This document shows, one piece after another, positions 16,201 to 25,000 of a DNA stretch of 52,408 nt; the first letter of the stretch is position 1; every line of letters starts with the position of its first letter. The notes under the pieces were generated by a model. The model searched no databases. It was not told the DNA's origin and worked only from the letters and a program-made list of their open reading frames with translations. The position numbers and the translations under genes were made by a program. The stretch is taken from the IMG/VR virus record IMGVR_UViG_3300024259_001058, positions 1 through 52,408 of that record; one strand, written 5' to 3'. This DNA comes from a virus (lineage: Duplodnaviria; Caudoviricetes).

Positions 16201-19200
16201 ACTGGCGTTACGCTCGTTCAGCATCTCACGCAGCACTACCTTCTCTTCGTCCATCGCGGTGCGTATGGCCCCGATGTTCTCGGGGGAACCGGCGGGGCTT
16301 AGGAGCAGGCCCTCGGTCATGGGGGCCGCCGCAGCGTCCGTCTCATTGAAGAGAGTCCCTTGGGCTGCGGACGGGTCATGGGCCGCGCGTGCCCGGGCGG
16401 CGCTAGCATCTTCGAGAGCAGAACTCCCACGAACCGTAGCGCCTGCCGCTGCATTCGTCTGCCGTTCTAACGCCCGCTCCTCCCGAGCCAAGCGCCGCAG
16501 CGTCTTCGTCTTGGAGTTGATCTCCGTGCCTGCGTCGGCGCGAAGGTCTTTGCGCTTAGCCTTGATGCCGGTGATGCGCTCACGGATTTCCTCTGCCGTC
16601 TGCCCCGAGGACCGTGCCAGCAGCCTATCAAGCCGCGAACTCATCCGTTCCGTGCTGCGCTGCGCTGCGACCAGGCGGCCTACGTCCTGCCCCAACTCCT
16701 GATTGAGAAGGCGCTCAACCGTGGTCGGCTTGCCCATGACCTCACGGGGGTTCATCGCAATGCCGTTGCCGTCGGAGTCCCGCATCAGGAACATCGTTCG
16801 GCCAAACTCCGCGCGCTGCTTCCCGGTAGTTCGCGCATACCGACGGGTGGTGTCCTGCAATATCTTCTCGGCAGTGGCCGCCCCCTGCTCGTCCACCAAC
16901 GTCTTTGCGTCCAGCCGGAGCTTAGCCATGCGACGGCTGATTGGCACTCGGGGCATGTAGTTCAGCCCCAGGTTCTCGGAGATGTCGATGCCCGCTGCCT
17001 TCTCCCCCGCCAGGAACTCGTCCATCATCCCGCGAAGTTGGACACGCACACTCTCCGCTACCGGGTCATCGAAGGTCAGCTGGTTGCGGTAGGCGAACAG
17101 TTGCGCAGCGGCCTCGGCCTCGGTCATGCCAATGTCCGAGAACTCGTCCGTTAGGATTACCAACGCGTCACGATAGGCCCCCGCCTCGTCCAGCTTGGCC
17201 ATTAGCTCGGGGTCCGCGTGGATGTCGTCCAACGCTTTCTGCAAGGAGGGGTCAGCAGCACGCACCCCACCGTCCGCTAAGCTCATCACAAACTCAGCCT
17301 GGATGGAGTTGTCTAGGTTCCCCGCGATGTCCTCAATCCGCTTCTGGTATACGTCGTCCAAGAAGGCGAACCTGTTCCGCATCGTAGTGAGCGCACGCAC
17401 CGCCCCATACGGGACACGACCGTAACGATTGAAGTGCTGGCTCACCGACGCGGCGGCACCGCCTAGAACTTCGGCAGGGGGCGGAAGCCCAGCCAGCGGG
17501 CCGGGCGGTACGAGTTCTGCCACCTGCTGACCGAACGTGTAGGCAGCGTCCCGCAGCGGCTTGGTGGTCGCGTCGATCTTGGCCATCGTAGACGACTCAA
17601 GGAGAGCGTCGAACACCGGGCCTAAGTCTAGTATCGTCCGCTCGTGCATCTCCATTACCGCAGGGAACGCTAGCTTCGGGAAGGCACCCGCTCGTGGGAC
17701 TTTGCCCTTGATCGCTGTGCGTGGGACACGCCCCGGCTGCTCGATACCAAAGCCACGCTTCTTACCCTTCGTAATCCCGGGGAAGCGAGCCTTGACCCAG
17801 CCCCGGTCTAGGGCGTGGCGCACGAACTGCTTGGCGTAGGCTTCCTCGGCAGCATCTGCGACGTGCCGTGTCTCGTTGGTCACCGTGTCGACCACCTCAC
17901 CAAGCTCGTTACGTATGCGCTGAGTACTGGTGGTCGTATATTCTCCTGTCCGCGCCACGTCCTGCATCCGCTCCAAGAAGTCGCCGTAGTCCAACTTCAT
18001 AGCGGTCATAACTTGGTTCTTGAGACGGGAGTACTGCGCCCCGCTCGTCCCAGCCAAGCCCTTCGCGGACACGTCAATCAGAAGCTCGTGGGGCAGGGAC
18101 TCCAAGGTTCGGGTGATAGTCTCAACCGATGCGCCGGGCGGGGCCTTGTCCCCGATGCGGAGCACGTCGATAAGGTCATCCCCGGCCATCGCCGCACGCT
18201 CCAAGGCCGAGCCAAGCCTAACGCCTTCACGCGTAAGGTGAAGCGTCTTACCTGACCGCGAAAGCACTCGCCCAAACTTGCCGACACCAATGCCCAAGAG
18301 GTTCGTTGGGTCTGCGAACAGGTCCCACGCCCCGAAGAAGATCGTCTTGGGGATGCTGAGCGGGTTGGACCGCTCGATACGTTCCGAGAGAGTCATCGGA
18401 GTGTGAAGCATACGCTGGTTATGCTCGTAAGGGCTCTCCCCGCTGAAGGCTTCGCGGGCTGTTAGGGGAGGCACCATCAGATACGCACTGAACGGTAGCG
18501 CACTCTCCTTGGGGCCGCCGGGAGCCAGCGCACGAATCGGCCCCTCGACCAAAGCGGAGCCGGAGAAGAACGGTGACGCCATCTTAATCAAGCCAGCTGC
18601 ACCGATCTGCAACGCCGTAGCGTCCGGTCGTATCTGCTCCCCGGTCAGGGCCTCACGCACCATCCCCACCAGGCTGTTCGTTACCTGCTGGCCGCCCTCT
18701 ACCTCTCGAAGCGCAGTCCCAAAACCGAACGCTACGCCCTTGAGAACCACTTGGTCCACCTTAGCCATCGCACGTAACGGAGCAGACAGCATGGTGTTCG
18801 TGAGGTTGGCGTCCAGCACCTCCAAGGCCGAGTCTGCCACCTCCAGTCGCATGAGTGAGTCCGTTAGCTGGCGCTGCTCCAGCCTGACAGACCGCTCCGT
18901 CATCGACCGGGCGATGCGCTGTCCTACCTCCAACGGCCCTTTCAACGCCTCCAGCAGGGACACCCCACTGCGGTTGAACTCGTCCGCCGCTACGATGCCT
19001 ACCTTAGCCCCAGCCGATAGCCCTTGAAGGCCGTGCTCCGGGTGCACCAGCGGAAGCATCGCCCCGCTAGGGCGAACTACAACCGCCGCGCCCTCAGCCT
19101 CTACCAGTTTCTCAATGGAGTTGCTATCGCCCGAAGGCGTGGTCGGTGGCTGCCGCCGCTGAGAAAGACGATCAAGACCGGCCTCGACTACAGACTGCCC

Positions 19201-19515
19201 CGACTGCAACGCACCCCTGCGCTTACGCCCACCCTCTCCTTCTATCGAGCCGTCAGGGCGGACAAACAAGCCGGTGGCAGGGTTGCGTATGCCAACCCCT
19301 AGCTCAGCAGACTTGTCCGCCAACTGTTGGTCGGAAAGGATAGGGAACGCCTCGCCCAGGGCTTCGGGGGGGAGGACTTCCTCTGGCGCTTCGGCAGGGT
19401 CCCCGAACATCGACCGCATGATACGGTCACGGTTGATCGGGGTAGCCCCCCCCTTCTCTTCCTCGTCGTCCTGGGGGAACATCGAGCGCAGGATGCTGTC
19501 CCGGTCGATGGCCAT
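13261..19515 (-). CDS. Large internal virion/ejection protein (2084 aa)
   Basis: Last gene of the morphogenesis block; helical; C-terminal WWK...PAFHGQNHLSN...ED.SR...LFDY..LT.FER..LRRFIPFYTF.RKN domain resembles large phage ejection/polyvalent proteins. Confidence 0.75.
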   Translation of the reverse strand: MAIDRDSILRSMFPQDDEEEKGGATPINRDRIMRSMFGDPAEAPEEVLPPEALGEAFPILSDQQLADKSAELGVGIRNPATGLFVRPDGSIEGEGGRKRRGALQSGQSVVEAGLDRLSQRRQPPTTPSGDSNSIEKLVEAEGAAVVVRPSGAMLPLVHPEHGLQGLSAGAKVGIVAADEFNRSGVSLLEALKGPLEVGQRIARSMTERSVRLEQRQLTDSLMRLEVADSALEVLDANLTNTMLSAPLRAMAKVDQVVLKGVAFGFGTALREVEGGQQVTNSLVGMVREALTGEQIRPDATALQIGAAGLIKMASPFFSGSALVEGPIRALAPGGPKESALPFSAYLMVPPLTAREAFSGESPYEHNQRMLHTPMTLSERIERSNPLSIPKTIFFGAWDLFADPTNLLGIGVGKFGRVLSRSGKTLHLTREGVRLGSALERAAMAGDDLIDVLRIGDKAPPGASVETITRTLESLPHELLIDVSAKGLAGTSGAQYSRLKNQVMTAMKLDYGDFLERMQDVARTGEYTTTSTQRIRNELGEVVDTVTNETRHVADAAEEAYAKQFVRHALDRGWVKARFPGITKGKKRGFGIEQPGRVPRTAIKGKVPRAGAFPKLAFPAVMEMHERTILDLGPVFDALLESSTMAKIDATTKPLRDAAYTFGQQVAELVPPGPLAGLPPPAEVLGGAAASVSQHFNRYGRVPYGAVRALTTMRNRFAFLDDVYQKRIEDIAGNLDNSIQAEFVMSLADGGVRAADPSLQKALDDIHADPELMAKLDEAGAYRDALVILTDEFSDIGMTEAEAAAQLFAYRNQLTFDDPVAESVRVQLRGMMDEFLAGEKAAGIDISENLGLNYMPRVPISRRMAKLRLDAKTLVDEQGAATAEKILQDTTRRYARTTGKQRAEFGRTMFLMRDSDGNGIAMNPREVMGKPTTVERLLNQELGQDVGRLVAAQRSTERMSSRLDRLLARSSGQTAEEIRERITGIKAKRKDLRADAGTEINSKTKTLRRLAREERALERQTNAAAGATVRGSSALEDASAARARAAHDPSAAQGTLFNETDAAAAPMTEGLLLSPAGSPENIGAIRTAMDEEKVVLREMLNERNASAEVLRQVDAVNARIDKLPWEQLTFDADLDDAMVRELGQLHHQLDELHATLDGTEGLSEAIVQQRAFLRQGNKTMQEARRTRSLLVTIENIQSKMLTTEDTLQVLSDLEIEGMQELLTGELDTYRRQLSELVQDGATDADMSAIQGRERALADIASAAQEAGMDDRAGLHKTLDSLVDELGKDLTQAKKGGKLRNLILRQEKRMADLEFSMADAITDVLSRVPPNNDELWVRRIGARKKGLPVLGDEVLTKTAQLTAEQMETLGQGKFKVVGHSRLGEDGSHDMLDLGAIEDLDAINKSDLRVWVEGDDGGRVPLRREQLSLAADHGNLRFYSREKLLLDEANDVLGGLFEPNAIRASVNRARQHAYMVSQAEFWQELKDIGIARPVTDFEGVDPLVQRAKTGSKTGTPEGNWVSPDDHGIPGLEGYYLQKSVDRLISDNMPEFKGGRGPGDSLWEIGAAIGKVTDGYNAWWKTTVTAYFPAFHGQNHLSNTWLAYMDIGTAAFNPALHGMSQQLGWMAHQADILGPGLRSAVATEASEARVALRLLREQPIMTDVNGKTWLYGELDDVMKQYDVAGNGIPHGVLDLEAATNADLSRMNAANRIEGKPGEVLRAVKQAVGAPQRGARKMANLVEDHSRRLLFMHNLMKNGGDVLNAAERVKMFLFDYGALTAFERKVLRRFIPFYTFTRKNLALQAEMIVRRPGQFAVQANFIDMVQQLSGEEPATAEELAKTYEHTQRGARVLLSRGRNGQAMWMNSLGNPAQQAVDTITEGGFGFLKQLHPVPKSWFELRSGYRFFSGRNVRDSVRIPDIGRFLAEDTPEGRLMPDDFRKFMHRFVEFRNKGTKSRPDYVSEKPHNAYLVHNLPGFTRLWSEYRKVLSYVQEEDRDFLQPSSLKKGSFTLAGKVVLGLQFSELDRDDADRLDTFFQAEMDYPKDTARERTREMRREGLDTSFEEELANILGPGKQGDPSGRLDIPGAR

Positions 19516-22007
19516 TACGGAGTCCCTAGCAAGGCTTCGATGTTCTGAAGCAACTGCCGCTTCTGCTCAGGCGTCAGGTTCGTATTCGCTTGGATGGACG
19601 CACGCATCTCGGACAACGTGGCCCCATCTGGCGCACGAGGCTCCTCAGCGGCTACGACCGGGGGCGGTGCCGCCTGGATGCTGCTAACCACGCTATCGTG
19701 GAAGGCGGTAATGTCGCTAAGAAGCTCAGCCGATGCTGCGTTGGCTGGGTCTTCGAGCCACGCAATCATCTCTTCCTGGCCCAAGTGAGCCACCCCGAGT
19801 ACCACCCGGGCCTCGGCAAGCCGCGCGCCGACGTTGGCAATGCGCTCGGGAGCAGTCTGCGGCGTAAGTGCCGCCGACGACATCTTCTGCTTCGCGCCGC
19901 TGACCCGCTCGATGTTGTAGCGGTGCTCGCTGTCTTCGTTGGCTGCTGGCGCAGGAGTCGACACCTGCCCAAGGCCGTTGAGTCCTGCGGCCTTGAGTTC
20001 CTTGTCGAACTCGTCCGGGTGAAGCGATGCGTTCCGTAGCTTCGTTACGAACGTGGGATTCGACCTTCCAAGACCAACCTCCTGCTTGAGGAAGTCGATG
20101 GCCGCCTTGCGATAGAACCCAGGCCGTGCGTCATCACCAACCCTCGACCCCGGGGTGTTGTAGCGCATAGTGGCATCCAAGTCCCACTCGACCACCCCGC
20201 CACGGCCTGCGCCCAGTTCGGATAGTCCGTCCTCCGTTCGCGTCCGTAGGAACTGCGCGAACGTGCTAGACAGCGCACCGTCGGCCTGCCTTAGTTGCTG
20301 GTCAGGGGTAAGGGTAGCGTCGCCCTTGCGGGTCACAATCCCTCCGAGACTGCGGCCCTCGATCATTACAGCGGACAACTGCTCCATCGTCTTCGTGAGT
20401 TCCAGAACACGCGGGTAGTTCTCAGCGTGGAACGCCAGCGCCCCCTCCAAGTCCCCTGCCTGTCGACGTTCCAAGACGCCCTGGTTCAACTCACCGATGG
20501 CCGTGGCTAGCTCGACGTTGTAGGCAGAGCTAATGGCCCCGAAGACCCGGCTCTCATCCACCTTGCCGTCGTGAGACGCCGCCATCATCTGAGTTAGTAG
20601 TTCCCGAGCCTCGTCGGGTATCGGGATGTTTAGACCATCCAGGCGCTTATGCACGCGGGCTATAAGCTCGTCCGCGCCTGGCGGGATAACGTCGTCCATG
20701 ACTGACTGCTCAAGGCGCTTCTGCGCCGGTAGGGCCAGACCCTTGTAGTGGTCCGTCTTTCTGAGTTCTTCCAGATTGGCGTCTACCTTGATGGCTTCGG
20801 GTACTTCCATCCCCGCACGCACGTAGGCCGCCTGCCGCTGCCCAGCGTTACCTAGGCCGTTCGTAAACTCCCTCGCCAACTGACGCTGCAACGCCTGGTC
20901 AGCCGCTGCGAAGTCTCCCGTTTCCACAAAGCCGTTCAACGCCAGGGTGTCACGCTCGGTGACCTCGTGGAGCACGGTGTAAGCACCAACCCATGCTCGG
21001 CGCTGCTCCTTGGATATGGCCGTCTCCATCTTGGCCCGATTCCCCAAGAAGCCGTCGAGCGCGTTCGCCCGAAGGATGTCATACCGCAACGCAGCACTCG
21101 ATGCGACGAAGGGCTGCTCCGCTTGGGCTGCCTCCAACGACAGCGCGGCGTTCGCAGCGGAGTCCAGTATGCGCTGCTTCTCCTGCGGCTCCGTCGCCAC
21201 TGCTACACGTTGCCTCACTTCCGCTACGACCGCGTTGGCCTGCACAACCCTAAGCTGCGCCTTCACCGTGTCGATCTCGTCCTGGCGAATGGCTTTGGCT
21301 AGAGCGGCGGCCTCTTCGGCGGACTCGGTGGATGCGATGTCCTGCCGAACGCCTCGGTCAACAAAACCACGCCCCAACTCGGCCGCGCCCTGGATGTTCT
21401 GCAACGCGCCCCTATTAGCACGGAAAGGAATAAGCGCATCGTTGCGTTGGAACTCCTGCTGCGCCTGAAGCTGCCGACCGCCTGCACCACCACGGGTGGG
21501 AATTCCCAACGGCCCGGCAGTACCAGCCGTGGTCGACTCCACACCCAACGGGGACGCCGGTTGGGGAATCTGGTTGGCCAAGCCAACCTGCTGCTGGGGG
21601 CCTTGCACCGCACCGAACTGTTCGGCGGCCTGCAACGACTGGATGTTCTCGGGTTTGTTTAGGTCAACCTTCCCCAGAGCCTGGGAGAAGTCCACCGAGG
21701 AGATGCCAGTCGTAGGGTCGCCTGCCAAAGCGCGGGAGGACCGCTGATCGGCAGTACGCGTCTCCTGCTCCTGGGCAAACTTGGTAGCGTCACGGTCTTC
21801 CTTGGCGTCCAGCCGCCCTTCCGCCTTCTCTGCCTGCGCGAGCTTGATCTGCGCAAGCAACTCGTCAAGCTCGGTTTGCTTACGCTTACGCTCCGAATCC
21901 CCCCGAGCTTGGCCAATCTGAGAGAACGTATCCCCCAGTTGCATGATGAGCGCAAGTGTCCGATCACCGGGGGTTCCGCCGGGTAGAAGGTCGCGTCGGA
22001 ATGCCAT
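19515..22007 (-). CDS. Internal virion/ejection protein (830 aa)
   Basis: Ala/Gln-rich helical protein between two other large probable ejection proteins; TAATG coupling. Confidence 0.65.
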   Translation of the reverse strand: MAFRRDLLPGGTPGDRTLALIMQLGDTFSQIGQARGDSERKRKQTELDELLAQIKLAQAEKAEGRLDAKEDRDATKFAQEQETRTADQRSSRALAGDPTTGISSVDFSQALGKVDLNKPENIQSLQAAEQFGAVQGPQQQVGLANQIPQPASPLGVESTTAGTAGPLGIPTRGGAGGRQLQAQQEFQRNDALIPFRANRGALQNIQGAAELGRGFVDRGVRQDIASTESAEEAAALAKAIRQDEIDTVKAQLRVVQANAVVAEVRQRVAVATEPQEKQRILDSAANAALSLEAAQAEQPFVASSAALRYDILRANALDGFLGNRAKMETAISKEQRRAWVGAYTVLHEVTERDTLALNGFVETGDFAAADQALQRQLAREFTNGLGNAGQRQAAYVRAGMEVPEAIKVDANLEELRKTDHYKGLALPAQKRLEQSVMDDVIPPGADELIARVHKRLDGLNIPIPDEARELLTQMMAASHDGKVDESRVFGAISSAYNVELATAIGELNQGVLERRQAGDLEGALAFHAENYPRVLELTKTMEQLSAVMIEGRSLGGIVTRKGDATLTPDQQLRQADGALSSTFAQFLRTRTEDGLSELGAGRGGVVEWDLDATMRYNTPGSRVGDDARPGFYRKAAIDFLKQEVGLGRSNPTFVTKLRNASLHPDEFDKELKAAGLNGLGQVSTPAPAANEDSEHRYNIERVSGAKQKMSSAALTPQTAPERIANVGARLAEARVVLGVAHLGQEEMIAWLEDPANAASAELLSDITAFHDSVVSSIQAAPPPVVAAEEPRAPDGATLSEMRASIQANTNLTPEQKRQLLQNIEALLGTP

Positions 22008-22015
22008 GATTCCCC

Positions 22016-25000
22016 CTAACCCGGGATGAACGCACCGGCGACACTTGCCAGCGTGTTGCCCACCGCCAGGATGTTATCGAGTGTACTCGGCCCCGCCACC
22101 TGGGTATCTACCAGCTGCTGGTTCTGAATGGCGGACTGCACGCCCAGCTCGAAGTTACCTAGCGCCTGTATCGCGCCCTGCACCTGGCTACGCGCCTGCT
22201 GCGATAGACCCTCGCGCGTCGACGCCTGCTGGAACATGAACTGCATCGCGGACATCTGCTCGGAGAATCGTCCGCTGCGTACCTGCTCGGTGAAGGTGTC
22301 CGCCGTGATGTCCTGCCGCTGGAACTCGGACGAGAACTGAGCAATCTGATCGCGGGCGATGTTCGTCTGCTGCTGGTTCGCCTGCTCCACGAACTGCCTG
22401 CCCTGCTGAGCCAAGCTCGACATCTGCAAGCTCGCGTCGATGGCCTGCTGCTGCAAGTCCGCACGCCCCTGCAACCCAAACTGCCGTGCCTGCTCCTGCA
22501 ACTGCTGCGCCTGCAACTCGGACTGCTGAACCATGCCCTGCTGGAACTGCTGCGCCTGCTGACCAAGCTGAGTCCGCGCGGTCTGCAAGTCGCCCTGGGC
22601 AATCGCCCGCTGCGTGTTGAGAGACGCCTGCTGCGCCTGCTGACCAAGCAACGCCTGCTGAGACGAGAACCGTTCTTGGAAGCCCTGCTGCTCTCGCTGG
22701 AAGCCTGCGGCGTCGCCAAGCTGCGCCGTCTGCAAGCCGCCCTGCAACGCACCCTGCGTGCCCTGGAACTGCTGGCCGAACTGCTGCGCCTGCTGCTGCA
22801 ACCCAAGCTGCGCGTTCGCCTGCTGGCGCTGGAAGTCCTGCGCCGCAGCGCCCCCTTGGGCCTGTGCTTCAAGCGCGCGGTTTTGCTGCTGCGCTCCTTG
22901 CTGAGCGCCGAACAACGTATTGAACAGGTCTTGCTGCGAGGATAGTTGCTGCCCTTGCTGCTGCTGGCCTAGCTGTGCTTCGAGGTTCGCTGCGCTCTGC
23001 CCGAACCCCGCTTCCTGGCCCGCTGCCCCAAGCACCTCTCCGAACAGGTTCTGCCTTCCCTGCGACTGGGCCTGCGCACGCCCTAGCCCCAGGTTCCCCT
23101 GCGCTATCTGCGCCTGCAAGTCACGCTCTGCCTCGCCTGTTACCAAGCCGCCTACCTGACCAAACAGGTTCTGCTGCGCGTCGATGCCTGCGATCTGTCC
23201 TTGCTGGCCCAACTGTCCACGGGCGATGTCCGCCTGCAACTGCTGCGCAGACTGGTTCTGAGCCGCCCCTGTGAGAGCGCCGAACGCGCCTTGCTGGGCC
23301 TGCGCCTGCCCGATCTGTCCCTGCAACCCTAGCTGCTGAGTCGCCTGGCTAGCGCCTAACTGCCTCTGCAAGTCCTCCGACTGGAAGCCGCCCAGCTGCC
23401 CCAGCAGGCCCTGCAAAGCCGCCGCCTGGCCCTGCTGTGCCTGCAATCCTAGCTGTGCTTCTAGGCCGCCCGCTGTCGCCTGCCTCTGAGCCTGAGCGTC
23501 CGCCGACCCCGCAAGCTGACCAAACAGCCCGGCCGCCCCCGCCGCCTGCGCCTGCTGGGCCTGCTGCTGGAGCGCCTGCTGCTGGCCCTGCTGCTGTGAG
23601 AACTGCGCGCTCATCTGAGGAATCTGCTGGAGCGCCTGCTGCTGTGCAGCGAACCTCTGCTGTGCTACCTGATTCCCTACGCCCTGCAAGAGGCCGCCTG
23701 CCTGCTCGCCAAGAAGCCCGGCAGCAACGCCCGACCCCGAGATTCCACGATCACCTGCTTGGAACGGGTCGGCGCTGTTGATGCGCTGAATCTGACTCTC
23801 AACGTCTTGGAACAGCGCGTTCTCCGCACGCTCGCCAGCCTGCGTCTGCTGCCCCAACGCCTGCGCAATAAGCTCCTGCTGAACCTGCGTGATGCCCGTC
23901 TGCGACAGGTTGCGGAAGAAGTTGGAGTTCTGGGTGTTGAAGTTGCCCTGCGCTGCATTAGCGTCAGCGGCTGCCTGTGCTGCGGACCCGATGTCTTGCC
24001 CAAACGCCTCAGTAGGGGCCTGCCCGACACCGGCCGAAACGCCGGTGATGCCCCGTGCCGCAGACTGTGCCTGCTGGGCTAGACCTGTCCCCAACTCCGT
24101 CGGGCCGAGGCTAACACCAAACTGGGTGCCGCCACGCTGACCCGCCCCCACGGAGCCACCTGCGATGTTACCGGCGCTTGCGGCAAGGTCCCCCGCCAGC
24201 CCTGGCTGACCCGTTTGGTGCCCCAACTGCGCACCCAGGAAGCTGTTCCCGAGCGTGTTGGCTTGGATAGTGGGGGCTCGGGTACCGCCCGCTAACTGCC
24301 GGATGTTTCCGCTGAGTTCCTGTCCGAGGCCCTGCTGACCTTCCCGACTGCCAAGCAGAACGCCGAATCGGCTGTTGTCGAGCGCACCGGCGTTGATAGA
24401 TGTGTCAAGGTTCTGCTGGTTGAACACGTTCTGCGCACCACCAAGCAGGTCCTGCAACGTGCTGCCACCGAACTGCTGGCTAAGCAAGTCCGTTCCGCCC
24501 AACGTCTGACCGTCGACCGAAGGGGCGCTACCCTCTGCACCTAACGCTTCTATCTGCGTTCCCAGCGTATCACGTGCCTTGTCCACCGCCGCCCCGGGCA
24601 ACCCCGCCCCAAGGTTCTGCAAGAACGGCGTCACTGCCTGAGCGGGGGTCTGCCCACGCCGATCTGCGGTGCCTACCAACGAGACAAGCTGATTCATCTC
24701 CTGCTGATTCAGGCTTCGCCCGAGGTCCCGCTCTGCGGCGATCACTGCGCCACTTACATTAACATTGCTGAGCGCCGGAAGACCCGCCTCCTCCAACGCG
24801 GTGTTAACCTGCTGGACGGTGGTATCCGCCTGCGTCTGCTCATCTATAGTGACATCAACAGCGGCAGTGCCTGCGGCCCCCGCCTGCCCAATGTTCCTCA
24901 GATTCTGTGTGTCTAGGGTGGCACCGCTACGCGTTGCGAAGAACTCTGCAAGGCGCTGCGCGCCCCCTGGGTCACCACTCTCGATGAGGTCCAGAACCGC

